Below, piece by piece: positions 38,770-47,420 of a stretch of DNA of 64,000 bases. Source of the DNA: an uncultured Pseudomonadota bacterium (lineage in GTDB: Bacteria > Myxococcota_A > Polyangia > Fen-1088); NCBI GenBank assembly GCA_963847705.1, contig CAWKBC010000025.1:31891-95890 (forward strand), written 5' to 3'. A program made the position numbers and the translations under genes. The number at the start of each line of letters is the position of its first letter. Within the stretch, counting starts at the first letter, position 1. The notes beneath the pieces are model-generated. The model was not told the DNA's origin. It did not search any database and saw nothing but the letters and a program-made list of their open reading frames with translations.

Positions 38770-39010
38770 ATGGATATCAGCCAGGCCGTACCGGCACACG
38801 AGCGGTGGCGTGTTTGGTTCAAGACACTGGACGGAGAGAGGTCCTGTGAGGTGTTCGACCTCCTGGAGGACGCGGTCAGCTTCATCTCGAGGGGCGTCCG
38901 CCGCACCCTCGAGGACGGCGGTCACGCAGCAGGCGACGTGCTCGACGAATACCTGGCGCGTCGCACCGACTTGAAGGCATCGAGCCTCCGCACGGTGAGA
39001 TTTTCGTCTC
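38770..39010 (+). pseudogene. Truncated tyrosine integrase N-terminus (arm-binding plus start of core-binding domain)
   Basis: RWRVWFKTLDGERSCEVFDLLEDAVSF...GDVLDEYLARRTDLKASSLRT; adjacent to the tRNA 3' end; no catalytic domain. Confidence 0.55.
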
Positions 39011-39163
39011 GACGCGATTCTCCAAGGGCGCGGGGCTATCCCGGTCGAGGCGTTCGCCTGGCTCAAGGCGTGGACTCAACACGTCCTCAGTCAGTCCGTC
39101 GACAGCCAGCACGGGATCGCGGGCGCGCAGGACCCAAGACGCAGCATGAGGGGTGCCGCCCAG

Positions 39164-39197
39164 AAAAAAAGAAAAGCCCTGTGACTTCCAGGGCTTT
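39164..39197 (-). terminator. Intrinsic terminator of tRNA-Leu
   Basis: Minus strand aaagccctg-gaagtca-cagggcttt followed by a T-rich tract. Confidence 0.85.
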
Positions 39198-39202
39198 CCT
39201 AG

Positions 39203-39285
39203 TGCGAGGACGGGGACTTGAACCCCGATGGCTGTTAACCGCTAGCACCTCAAGCTAGTGCGTCTACCAGTTCCGCCATCCTCGC
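39203..39285 (-). tRNA. tRNA-Leu(GAG)
   Basis: GCGAGGATGGCGGAACTGGTAGACGCA-CTAGC-TTGAGGT-GCTAG-long variable arm-GGGGTTCAAGTCCCCGTCCTCGCA; followed by CTA, so CCA is not encoded. Confidence 0.97.
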
Positions 39286-39816
39286 GGTAGAAGTGCGCGT
39301 AGTTACTAGGTTCTGATCCTGCTGTCAACGAGTACCGGCGCCCGGGAAACCGATTGCTGCGTCCGAGTTTCCCCCAGTCGTTCCGGGGGGCCAGCGGAGG
39401 TCGCGAGTTTCCCCCGAGAGGTCAGTCCGGGCGCTGACTCCCTCTCTTGTGGCTCGACACCGCGCATGAGCTAATCTTCCCGTCCGGAAGCGGGCGCTTC
39501 ACGCGCTCGGCGGGCCGAGCAGTTGCTGAAGATCTAGCGATGGGAAAAAAAGCGCATTCGAACGAGAGCGGCGGCCGCGGCAGGCCCGAGGACGTCGTCG
39601 GGCGGCGCTCGCTTTTACGGTGCGCCCCTGGTCGTGACCGATGGCGATGTCGGCGCGACGCCGACGTTGGAGGTCGCCCTGGCCGACGGTCGGGCTTCTC
39701 GCGAGCAAGACACTGCAATGGGTCACCGTTGACGGGAAGAAAGAAAGCGAGCTGACGGCCGCGATCCGATACGAGCCGTCTTCGCGACTGACGGCGGCGC
39801 CGTCGTGAAGACCCGC

Positions 39817-40920
39817 CTATGAAAGTCGATGGATGCCGTCGACGATGTGCCAGGTGGCGACGACGGTGAGCTCGACGAGCTTCTCGGTGCGGCGACTGTC
39901 CGGGACGACCATGTGCTCGGCGGTGCAGAGCGCCTGCAGCTGGCGGAGGTAGCGGAGGATCACGCGCTTGTCGGAGTCGCCGATCCAGCGGCTGATCCGA
40001 TCGACCAGGATGGTCTGGTGCTGCTGGATGAAGCGGGCCGCCGACTGGGCGCTCGCCGTCCGCGAGGTCAGCCCGCGCATCGCGATGGCGCGCGCGCGCG
40101 GTGGCCGCCGCCCGAAGATCTCGACCACGTCCTTGCGGTACTCCAGCAGATCCAGATCCAGGGTGTCGCCGATGTCGAAGTACTCGGCGACCGTCTCCTT
40201 GATCTCGGTGTACGGGACCCGCAGTCCCAGACGAACGTTCGGGGGGTTGCCGCGGCAGGCGCGCTCGATCCCCACCACGCGATCGACGTACTCCAGCTTG
40301 GCCAGGGCGACCTGCCAGTTCCGATGGCGACGGCGCCACGGCCCGCCTTCCAACCAGACCGCGAACGTCTCGGCCCAGTCCTCATCGGGGTGTTTCTGCG
40401 CGTAGTGGTACATGCCCGCGCGGTGCAGGTAGCGAACGTAGTCGCGGCTCCAGGGGTTCGGGTTGTAGACGTCGCGATACGGGCGGCGGAAGTCGCCGAA
40501 GGTCTGCGTCCAGTCGCGCCGCCGCCACAGCTCGAACGCATAATTGATGGCGTGCCCCGCCTCGTGGCGGAGGTACATCAGCACCTCTTCGCGCGTGTAC
40601 TCGAACAGGTGGTCGTTCACCAGCCCCCAGAGCTGCGGGTTGGACAGGTACCAGGGGATGTTCACGCTGACCGCGCGGTCGGCGGTCCAAAAATCGTCAT
40701 CGCCGAGGTAGTAGGCAGGGACGAAGGTGATCCCCTTGTCGCGCAGCTCGCCGATCACCTGCTCGACGCACTCGGCGAGCGTTCCCTCCGGACGTAGATC
40801 GAGATCGCAGATGCGCGTCGCGAGCAGCTTCTGTTGCCCGACCTCGCGGATGACGGTCGTCGGCAACAGCGGGACGCTGCGCGACGCTCGGTGCCGGGTG
40901 CGAAGTGCCGCGACGGCCAT
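39817..40920 (-). CDS. Putative zinc-binding metallopeptidase
   Basis: LRHEAGHAI zincin motif, YAQKHPDEDWAETFAVWL. Confidence 0.88.
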   Translation of the reverse strand: MAVAALRTRHRASRSVPLLPTTVIREVGQQKLLATRICDLDLRPEGTLAECVEQVIGELRDKGITFVPAYYLGDDDFWTADRAVSVNIPWYLSNPQLWGLVNDHLFEYTREEVLMYLRHEAGHAINYAFELWRRRDWTQTFGDFRRPYRDVYNPNPWSRDYVRYLHRAGMYHYAQKHPDEDWAETFAVWLEGGPWRRRHRNWQVALAKLEYVDRVVGIERACRGNPPNVRLGLRVPYTEIKETVAEYFDIGDTLDLDLLEYRKDVVEIFGRRPPRARAIAMRGLTSRTASAQSAARFIQQHQTILVDRISRWIGDSDKRVILRYLRQLQALCTAEHMVVPDSRRTEKLVELTVVATWHIVDGIHRLS

Positions 40921-41129
40921 TGCGTCGATTCGTTTACCATGGCGACGGGGGGCAATCCCGGCAAAACCCGGGGAAAAATATTCCCACCCCGACCGTGCCC
41001 GCCTGCTTGATATCCATTTGATATTATTTGGTTATCTGGAATGCCTCCCGGGCCTGACAAGTTCACAGAATCGCCCCGCCAAATGCCGTAATATGACGGC
41101 CAGGCGCGCCATGGATTTGGAGAGAAACC

Positions 41130-41696
41130 GTGTGGTCACGCGGGTCTAGCTGGTCTCGACCGGTCCTGGTGATGGTCGCCTACCTGGCGCTCGGCACGGT
41201 CGCGCTCGCCTGGGGGAACCTGCGCGGGCACCCGAACGTCTGGCACCTCCGCGGGCAAGACCCCGTCTTATCAATGACCTTCGCCGGGATCCTGGGCGGC
41301 CTTGCGGCCGGGCTGGTGCTGGTGTTCGCCTCCCGGATGGCGCTCTACCGGTTCGAGTGGGCACGGGCGCTCCACCGTGAGCTGCGCCACATGCTGTTCC
41401 CCTTGACCGACCCGGAGATCCTGGTTCTGGCGGGGGCCTCCTCGGTCGGCGAGGAGATGTTTTTCCGGGGCGCCCTCTTGCCGGCGGTCGGTCTGGTGGC
41501 CTCGAGCGCGCTCTTCGCGCTGCTCCACATCGGTCCCAAGGCACGCCACCTCCCCTGGACGGCCAGCTCGTTCGGGGCCGGGCTGCTGTTCGGCGGGATG
41601 TTTCTGTGGACCGGGGATCTCACCGGGCCGGTGATCGCGCACTTCCTGATCAACTTCCTCAACCTGCGCCACGTCGCCGCGGTCGAGCTCCGTTAG
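41130..41696 (+). CDS. CPBP (CAAX/Abi) intramembrane metalloprotease
   Basis: EEMFFRG, FALLH, AHFLIN motifs; GGAGAG RBS before GTG. Confidence 0.92.
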   Translation: MWSRGSSWSRPVLVMVAYLALGTVALAWGNLRGHPNVWHLRGQDPVLSMTFAGILGGLAAGLVLVFASRMALYRFEWARALHRELRHMLFPLTDPEILVLAGASSVGEEMFFRGALLPAVGLVASSALFALLHIGPKARHLPWTASSFGAGLLFGGMFLWTGDLTGPVIAHFLINFLNLRHVAAVELR

Positions 41697-41711
41697 TTCA
41701 ACCGACCCGGC

Positions 41712-43817
41712 TCAGCGCCTGACCATCCCGACCGGACGCCAGGCGCCACCGCGCTGGCCGAGGATCAAGATCAGCATCTGGTCCGAGCCCATCTCGATCG
41801 CCGAATAGAGTTGGCCGCTGCCGGTGTCGTCGAGGCTCGGGGGGAGCTTGCCGATGGCCGCGCGCAGCCGAGCCGCCGTCACCAGCTGGACCGACCGCGG
41901 CCGGCGAATCCCCTCGCTCGCCAGGTCGGCGAGCATCGCGGAGAGATCGTCCCTCTTGCTGACGTCCTTGCCGCTGGTCTTGAAGGGGAGCGCCGCCATC
42001 TCGAGAAGATGCCCGGTGTCGCCCGCCGCGAGCGCGGTGAACCAGCGCAGCGCGGCCGCCTGCGCGACGGGGTCATTGGTGTTCGGTGGCGCGGCGGGTG
42101 CCTGGCCGGCCGGCTGCGGCGACTGCGAGGGGCGCGGCTCGGCTGAAGGTCCTTCCGAGCCTTCGGCACTGCCCTGGGGCTGGCCCTCGGCGGCGGCCAC
42201 CTCGCCGTCGAGCGCCATTCGCTTCGCGCGATGCGCAGGATTGCTGTCGTCGAATCGCTGCAGCCGCCGTGGGCCGCCCGCGGTCGTCCCCCCACCGGAC
42301 GCGCCCGCCCCGGCCGCCGAGGGCGGTCTGGGCAGGTCGAGCACCGTCGTCGTCTTGTCGGCGCCGGCCGAGGCATTTTCGAGGATGTACGGGTCAGCCC
42401 CCGAGGTCGCGCACTGCCGCTCGTCGCGGAAGAAGTGCCAGTGGACGTAGATCTTTCCGTTGGCCGAGCGGATCTCGCGCGGAGGATCGGGGAACGGGCC
42501 GGCGGTGTAGGCGACGTCGACGGCGGCGACGTCGTACTCGAGCAGGCCGGAGGAGCGCGCGACGCCGATCCGATCGATCGTCCCGTCGCCGTTCAGCACG
42601 AACTCCAGCTCGGTCACCAGGTTGCGGTTGTTGTAGGGGCTGGAGCCAGGCTTCTCGTCCCACTCCTCGAGCTGCCCGAAGCCCCACAGCTCGTGGATGC
42701 TCCGGTGCATGCGCGCCAGGTAAGCGGCGAACGGCGCGGCCCGCGTGTTGAGCGCCGTCTGGTTGCCGGGCTTCACCTCGGGGACGAAGTTCTCGACGGC
42801 CGACTGAACGCGCGCCAGACGCTTCTGGAACTTCCCCTGCCGCGTCGACCGCGTCTGCTGGGCCAGCTTCCGCTCGGCGGCGGCGTCGGCGCCGAACAGG
42901 TACTCGTAGTCCTTGGCGGTGAACGCCAGCTTGACCCGCTTGGCGTCGTCGAGATGCGAAGGATCGCTCTTGTTCCCGCGCGCGGCGTGCGAGGGGAGCG
43001 GCATCTCGCCGTCGGCCGCGTGCGGCAGCGAGAGGTCGGCCGTCTCGGGCGTTAGCTCGTGCTGCTTCGGGGTCGGGTCGCGCAGCGCCAGCAGCGACCT
43101 GTCCCGGTGCTCGGGCTGGTCCTTCGGCTGGGAGAGCTCGGGGTTCTGGTGCGGCGTCACGTCCGGCGCGCTCCGCCCCAGCTTGGACTTCTCCTCTTCG
43201 AGCTGCGCGATCTTGGCCTTGTCGCCGCCGACCTGCTTGTCGTCGCGGTCCGACTTCGACGAGGCCTCCCCCTCCCCCTTCTGCGTCTTGACCATGTTGG
43301 TGTCCTGGGCGCGCGTCTCCACCTCGGCGCGGTTGTTCTTCTGTGCCAGGAACTTCGCGTCGGGCGGTGGCGGGACATCCTTGTCGTTGTCGAGATCGAC
43401 CATCTTCTCGTGCCCCTTCCGCTCCGGCGGTGGGGGCGGGGGCATGGGCGGCATCGGCGGGGCGACCACCTCGGGCTCCGGCTTCTCCTTTTTGGGCGGC
43501 TCCGGCTTCTTCTGGGCGTCCGGCTTGGGCACCTTGACCAGCTCCGGGCGCTTCTTGTCGGGCTTGGGGGCCTTTTTGGCCTGGGGCTCCAGCGTCTCCG
43601 GCGACGGCTCGATCGGCGGCAGATCGGGCGGCAGCTCCGTCTGATCGGCCGCCTGAAACGCGACGTCGACCTCCTCCGCGCGCTGGGCCTCCTGGCGCCC
43701 GCCGTAGATCCAGGCCGCGATCACCACCGGCGCGACGACGTTCAGGTGCAGCAGCAGGGAGATCAGCGCGCCGCGCGAAAGATTTCCGCGCACGCGTGGA
43801 GACAAACGCTGCCGCAT
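41712..43817 (-). CDS. TonB-family protein (TM with SxxxH, Pro/Lys-rich linker, TonB_C-like domain, extra C-terminal domain)
   Basis: ISLLLHL TM motif; Pro-rich region; TALNTRAAPFAAY..RMHRSIH, RSSG..YDVAA...GPFPDPP. Confidence 0.85.
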   Translation of the reverse strand: MRQRLSPRVRGNLSRGALISLLLHLNVVAPVVIAAWIYGGRQEAQRAEEVDVAFQAADQTELPPDLPPIEPSPETLEPQAKKAPKPDKKRPELVKVPKPDAQKKPEPPKKEKPEPEVVAPPMPPMPPPPPPERKGHEKMVDLDNDKDVPPPPDAKFLAQKNNRAEVETRAQDTNMVKTQKGEGEASSKSDRDDKQVGGDKAKIAQLEEEKSKLGRSAPDVTPHQNPELSQPKDQPEHRDRSLLALRDPTPKQHELTPETADLSLPHAADGEMPLPSHAARGNKSDPSHLDDAKRVKLAFTAKDYEYLFGADAAAERKLAQQTRSTRQGKFQKRLARVQSAVENFVPEVKPGNQTALNTRAAPFAAYLARMHRSIHELWGFGQLEEWDEKPGSSPYNNRNLVTELEFVLNGDGTIDRIGVARSSGLLEYDVAAVDVAYTAGPFPDPPREIRSANGKIYVHWHFFRDERQCATSGADPYILENASAGADKTTTVLDLPRPPSAAGAGASGGGTTAGGPRRLQRFDDSNPAHRAKRMALDGEVAAAEGQPQGSAEGSEGPSAEPRPSQSPQPAGQAPAAPPNTNDPVAQAAALRWFTALAAGDTGHLLEMAALPFKTSGKDVSKRDDLSAMLADLASEGIRRPRSVQLVTAARLRAAIGKLPPSLDDTGSGQLYSAIEMGSDQMLILILGQRGGAWRPVGMVRR

Positions 43818-43978
43818 GAGAGTCGTCAGCGTAACACGCACTCTAGGTGCCCGCCTTGAGGCGCTGCACTCATCGTGCTTCAGCTCACACCGATTGCAGC
43901 TTCAGCTTACCTTCCACGCGCGCCTGAGGCTGGCCGTCGGTGCGCTCGCGCCGCGCGTGGCGGCTCAGCGAACGAAGG

Positions 43979-44659
43979 TCAGGCGCGCATCTTGCGGTAG
44001 ACGCCGACGACGAGGCCGATGATGTTGACGGTCTTGAAGTCGCGCTTGCGCACGATGATCGGCTGCATCGCCGCGTTGGCCGGCTGGAAGCGGATGCTGT
44101 CCCCTTCGGGGTAGTAGCGCTTCACCGTCGCCTCGTCGTTGATCATGGCGACCACGATGTCGCCACGGCTGGCCTGCAGCTGCTTGCGCACGAAGATGTA
44201 GTCGCCGTCGAAGATCCCGTCTTCGATCATCGACTCCCCCTTCACGCGCAGCGCGAACACCTCGCGGGTCTGACCGATGAAGAAGCGATCGACCTTGACC
44301 GTGTCCTCCACGTTCTCGACCGCCAGCAACGGCACGCCGGCGGCGACGCGGCCGACCAGCGGGATCTCCATCATGTCCTCGTCGCGGGAAGGGGAACGGA
44401 CCGGCGCGCCGCGCGGGCCGACCGGGCGCAACGCGCGCGACTTGAGATCCTCGCGCAAGAGATGCCCCTTCTTCTCGAGTGCGCGGAGGTGATCGTTCAC
44501 CCCGTTCGTGGAGCGGATGCCGAAGTGCAGACCGATCTCGCGCAAGGTCGGCGGGTAGCCGCGTTCGCGAATCGACTGCATGATGAAGTCCAGGATCTCC
44601 CGCTGTCGGTCCGTGAGGACACCGCGTGAATCGTCGCGAACCAGAGTCAGCGAGCCCAT
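43979..44659 (-). CDS. lexA: SOS transcriptional repressor
   Basis: [32 protein letters not shown] cleavage site, GESM, TVKR; start could instead be ATG 44743. Confidence 0.97.
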   Translation of the reverse strand: MGSLTLVRDDSRGVLTDRQREILDFIMQSIRERGYPPTLREIGLHFGIRSTNGVNDHLRALEKKGHLLREDLKSRALRPVGPRGAPVRSPSRDEDMMEIPLVGRVAAGVPLLAVENVEDTVKVDRFFIGQTREVFALRVKGESMIEDGIFDGDYIFVRKQLQASRGDIVVAMINDEATVKRYYPEGDSIRFQPANAAMQPIIVRKRDFKTVNIIGLVVGVYRKMRA

Positions 44660-44735
44660 GTGTCCCTCCGTCGTCCCGTTACCGTGGCCTCGGCCGTTGC
44701 CCTGGTCTTGGCCATCCGCTTGGCGATCTCTTCCA

Positions 44736-44777
44736 CTGAACATGCGTAGCGTACGGAACAAATGTGCCGTATGTCAA
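44736..44777 (-). promoter_or_regulatory. lexA promoter overlapped by two tandem SOS-box-like sites
   Basis: TTGACA-18 bp-TACGCT; CGGCACATTTGTTCCG and CGCTACGCATGTTCAG partly match the M. xanthus LexA box CTRHAMRYBYGTTCAGS. Confidence 0.7.
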
Positions 44778-44846
44778 ACTTTTCGCGCAGCGCGGACGAG
44801 CCACACGTCCGCGGAACGCGCGCATCCGTAGTTCATCCATAGAGAA

Positions 44847-45533
44847 ATGAGCGCTCAAGCGTGGTTTTTTCCGGCCTTTTGGCGTGCCGAAGCGGAACGG
44901 GTCCCGAATACTGAACGACCGTTGGGAAAATCCGTAGCAGCATCGGCGCTGCACCCGGCCGTAGCGGGGGCGCCAGAAAAGAGCTCTGACCGGGTCCTGC
45001 TGGGCCGGGTCGCGGCCGGAGACGTGGCGGCGTTGCGTCTGGTCTATAACGATCACGCGCCGCGCGCGATGGCGATCGCCCGTCGCATCCTCCGCAACGT
45101 GGAGGAGGCGGAGGACATCGTCCAGGAGACGTTCCTCGAGCTCTGGCGCCGCGCGCCTCAGTTCGACGGGCGCCGCGGCGGTCTGGTCGCCTGGATCGTC
45201 ACCATCGCCCGCAGCCGCGCCATCGATCGGCTGCGGTCGTGCAGCACGGCCGGCCGGACGATCGACGAGGTGATCGCCACGCCGGAGGTGCACCCCTGCG
45301 GCCCCCCGTCGCCGGTGGAGCACACCGAGCGCCGGCTGACCGAGTCGAAGGTGGCCGAGGCCCTGGCGACACTGCCGGCCGAGCAGCGCCAGACGATCCA
45401 GCTCGCCTACTTCGACGGCCTGTCACAGACGGAGATCGCCGCCAAGACCGGCAGCCCCCTTGGGACCGTCAAGATGCGCGTTAAGTTGGCGGTTGGAAAA
45501 TTGAAGACCCTGCTCAAAGACGACTTCTCTTGA
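44847..45533 (+). CDS. ECF RNA polymerase sigma factor (SigK-like); true start may be downstream
   Basis: AEDIVQETFLELWR, WIVTIARSRAID.LR, LAYFDGLSQTEIA..TGSPLGTVK. Confidence 0.93.
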   Translation: MSAQAWFFPAFWRAEAERVPNTERPLGKSVAASALHPAVAGAPEKSSDRVLLGRVAAGDVAALRLVYNDHAPRAMAIARRILRNVEEAEDIVQETFLELWRRAPQFDGRRGGLVAWIVTIARSRAIDRLRSCSTAGRTIDEVIATPEVHPCGPPSPVEHTERRLTESKVAEALATLPAEQRQTIQLAYFDGLSQTEIAAKTGSPLGTVKMRVKLAVGKLKTLLKDDFS

Positions 45534-45979
45534 GCGCCACCATGAACGCCCGCAGCGCCAGCACCAACGCCCGCATGACCTGCGACGAGTTCAAGGAAAT
45601 GGCGCCGGCCTACGTGCTGGTCGCGCTCGAAGAGGACGAGCGGTCGGCCTGCGCGCACCACCTGGCCACTGGCTTTCCGCACCGTGGCTGCCGGGAGGCG
45701 GTCGCAGCGGCGGAGCTGGTGGCCGCGCAACTGGGGGCGGCCCTGATTCCGCAGCGCCCCTCGCCCCAGGTCTGGCGTTCCATCGCGGCGCGCCTGCACG
45801 AGGATCGAGGAAACTCGCCCGTCCCGGAAGAGGCCCGCCGGCGGAGTCTCTATCATCTATGTGGCTGGCTGGTCGCCGCCGCGCTGGTGGGGGTCTACCT
45901 CTACAACGCGCCGCTCGATCGTCGGGCGCTCGAGGCGGCGATCGGCCTCGGCAGACAGCTCGCCTCGTCCGCCCACTGA
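45530..45979 (+). CDS. Anti-sigma factor (zf-HC2/RskA-like N-terminus, single TM, short)
   Basis: CDEFKEMAPAYVL.AL, HL....H.GC, P.PQVWRSI, TM helix; start overlaps the sigma factor stop. Confidence 0.8.
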   Translation: MSATMNARSASTNARMTCDEFKEMAPAYVLVALEEDERSACAHHLATGFPHRGCREAVAAAELVAAQLGAALIPQRPSPQVWRSIAARLHEDRGNSPVPEEARRRSLYHLCGWLVAAALVGVYLYNAPLDRRALEAAIGLGRQLASSAH

Positions 45980-46050
45980 GTCCACCGGTCCAGGAGGACT
46001 CGGACCCAGGACTCGGAGAGGGCTCGGCGTCGGCGCGCCCACGTCCGGCG

Positions 46051-47403
46051 TCACGAGACGCCGAACGGCTGTGACTGGAACGTGTCGAGCACGAGCGTGC
46101 TCAGGCGGCGGCGGACCAGCACGGCGCCAAACATCGACGTCGCCAGACAAGCCAGCAGATAACCGATCACCGGTTGCCAGCCGACGGCCAGCGCCAGCAA
46201 GGTGAGCCCCACCGTGCAACAGAGGAGGCCGGCCGAGATGACCAGGGCATCGCGGCGCAGATCGAAGTAGTAGAGCAGCAACACCTCGAGCAGCGTGATC
46301 ATCTGCGCCGCCGCCCCGATCGCGTTGAGCCGAAACAGCGGCGTGGCGTTGGGCGACAGGCCGACCGCGTGCACCAGGAACGGCGCCGCGGCGATGGCGA
46401 TGCCGCTCGCGGAGGCCTGCACGACGCCGGCGCCGCGCAGGATGCGGCGCGCCTCGGTGGAGATCTCCTCGGCCCCCTGCTGCAGCCGGCGCAGCGGCGC
46501 GCCGATCTCGATGTCCGCGTAGAAGGTCCGGAACCGGCGGTAGAACGAGGTCTCGATCTGGACGTAGATCCAGGCGAAGGCCGGGATGACCGAGAACCAG
46601 GCCACCGCGGCGATGGCGGCGTAGAAGGTGGCCGCGTTGCCTCCCTGCACCAGATAGACGACGATCTTGTCGGCCCAGATCGACACGTAGTAGGCGAGCG
46701 CCGACAGCGCCAGCAGGCGGTACTCGCGGAAGGCGGGGGCCAGGCGCGCCGCCTCATCGGCGTCACCGGGAACCGCGCGCGCCACCCCCTGGACCAGGAC
46801 CGCCAGCGTGGCGAGCTGGCCGGCAGCGAAGCCGTAGAGGTACCCCGCCGCGCCGAAGCCGAAGGTGGTGTCGAGCGTCCAGGCGGAGACCAGCCCCAGC
46901 GGCGCGCCGATCCCGAACGCCCGCATCACGATCATCGGGGAGGTCATCCCGCCCCCCACCGAGAGCATCAACCACTGCGCCCCGATGATCGCCGTCAGCG
47001 GCGCCCCGACCACCGCCAGCGGCAGCGGCAGCTTCAAGAGGAGCACCAGCCCGACGCCCATCAGCGCGAACCCCACCAGGATCAACGCCGTCGCGCGCCG
47101 CAGCGGCGCACCGATCCTTTCGATGTGATGGTCGTAAAGACGGTCGGCGGTGTAGCGCGACACCACCACGTGGATCGGCGCCGACAGGATGACCGTGAAG
47201 GCGTAGACCAGGGTCAGGAACCGCTCGACCACCGCGAAGTCGGTGCCGCTGCGCCGGGCCACGATGCGCAGGCTGGTCAGCACCGCCGTCGTCAGCAGCC
47301 AGGGGGCGCTGGTGACGGCGACGCCGGTGAGGTAGGCGCCGATCGTCCCGGCCAGCGATCCGCGATCGATGAGGCGCTGCAGCTTCCACCCGATACCCGC
47401 CAT
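46051..47403 (-). CDS. pelG: Exopolysaccharide Pel transporter
   Basis: MAGIGWKLQRL, SAPWLL, SRYTADRLY, IWADK, ETSFY..F, LLYYFDLRR. Confidence 0.92.
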   Translation of the reverse strand: MAGIGWKLQRLIDRGSLAGTIGAYLTGVAVTSAPWLLTTAVLTSLRIVARRSGTDFAVVERFLTLVYAFTVILSAPIHVVVSRYTADRLYDHHIERIGAPLRRATALILVGFALMGVGLVLLLKLPLPLAVVGAPLTAIIGAQWLMLSVGGGMTSPMIVMRAFGIGAPLGLVSAWTLDTTFGFGAAGYLYGFAAGQLATLAVLVQGVARAVPGDADEAARLAPAFREYRLLALSALAYYVSIWADKIVVYLVQGGNAATFYAAIAAVAWFSVIPAFAWIYVQIETSFYRRFRTFYADIEIGAPLRRLQQGAEEISTEARRILRGAGVVQASASGIAIAAAPFLVHAVGLSPNATPLFRLNAIGAAAQMITLLEVLLLYYFDLRRDALVISAGLLCCTVGLTLLALAVGWQPVIGYLLACLATSMFGAVLVRRRLSTLVLDTFQSQPFGVS

Positions 47404-47420
47404 GTTCACCTCGGGAACCC

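Larger units (their letters stand above)
30013..39251. mobile_element. Decayed tRNA-Leu-integrated genomic island (~9 kb)
   Basis: Bounded by intact tRNA and degenerate copy of its 3' half; integrase remnant; gene fragments; visibly more A/T-containing codons than the flanks. Confidence 0.8.

Noticed and set aside
41130-41696. CPBP/'Abi' protease as an anti-phage gene
   Set aside because: The family is generally a housekeeping intramembrane protease and the context has no defence genes.
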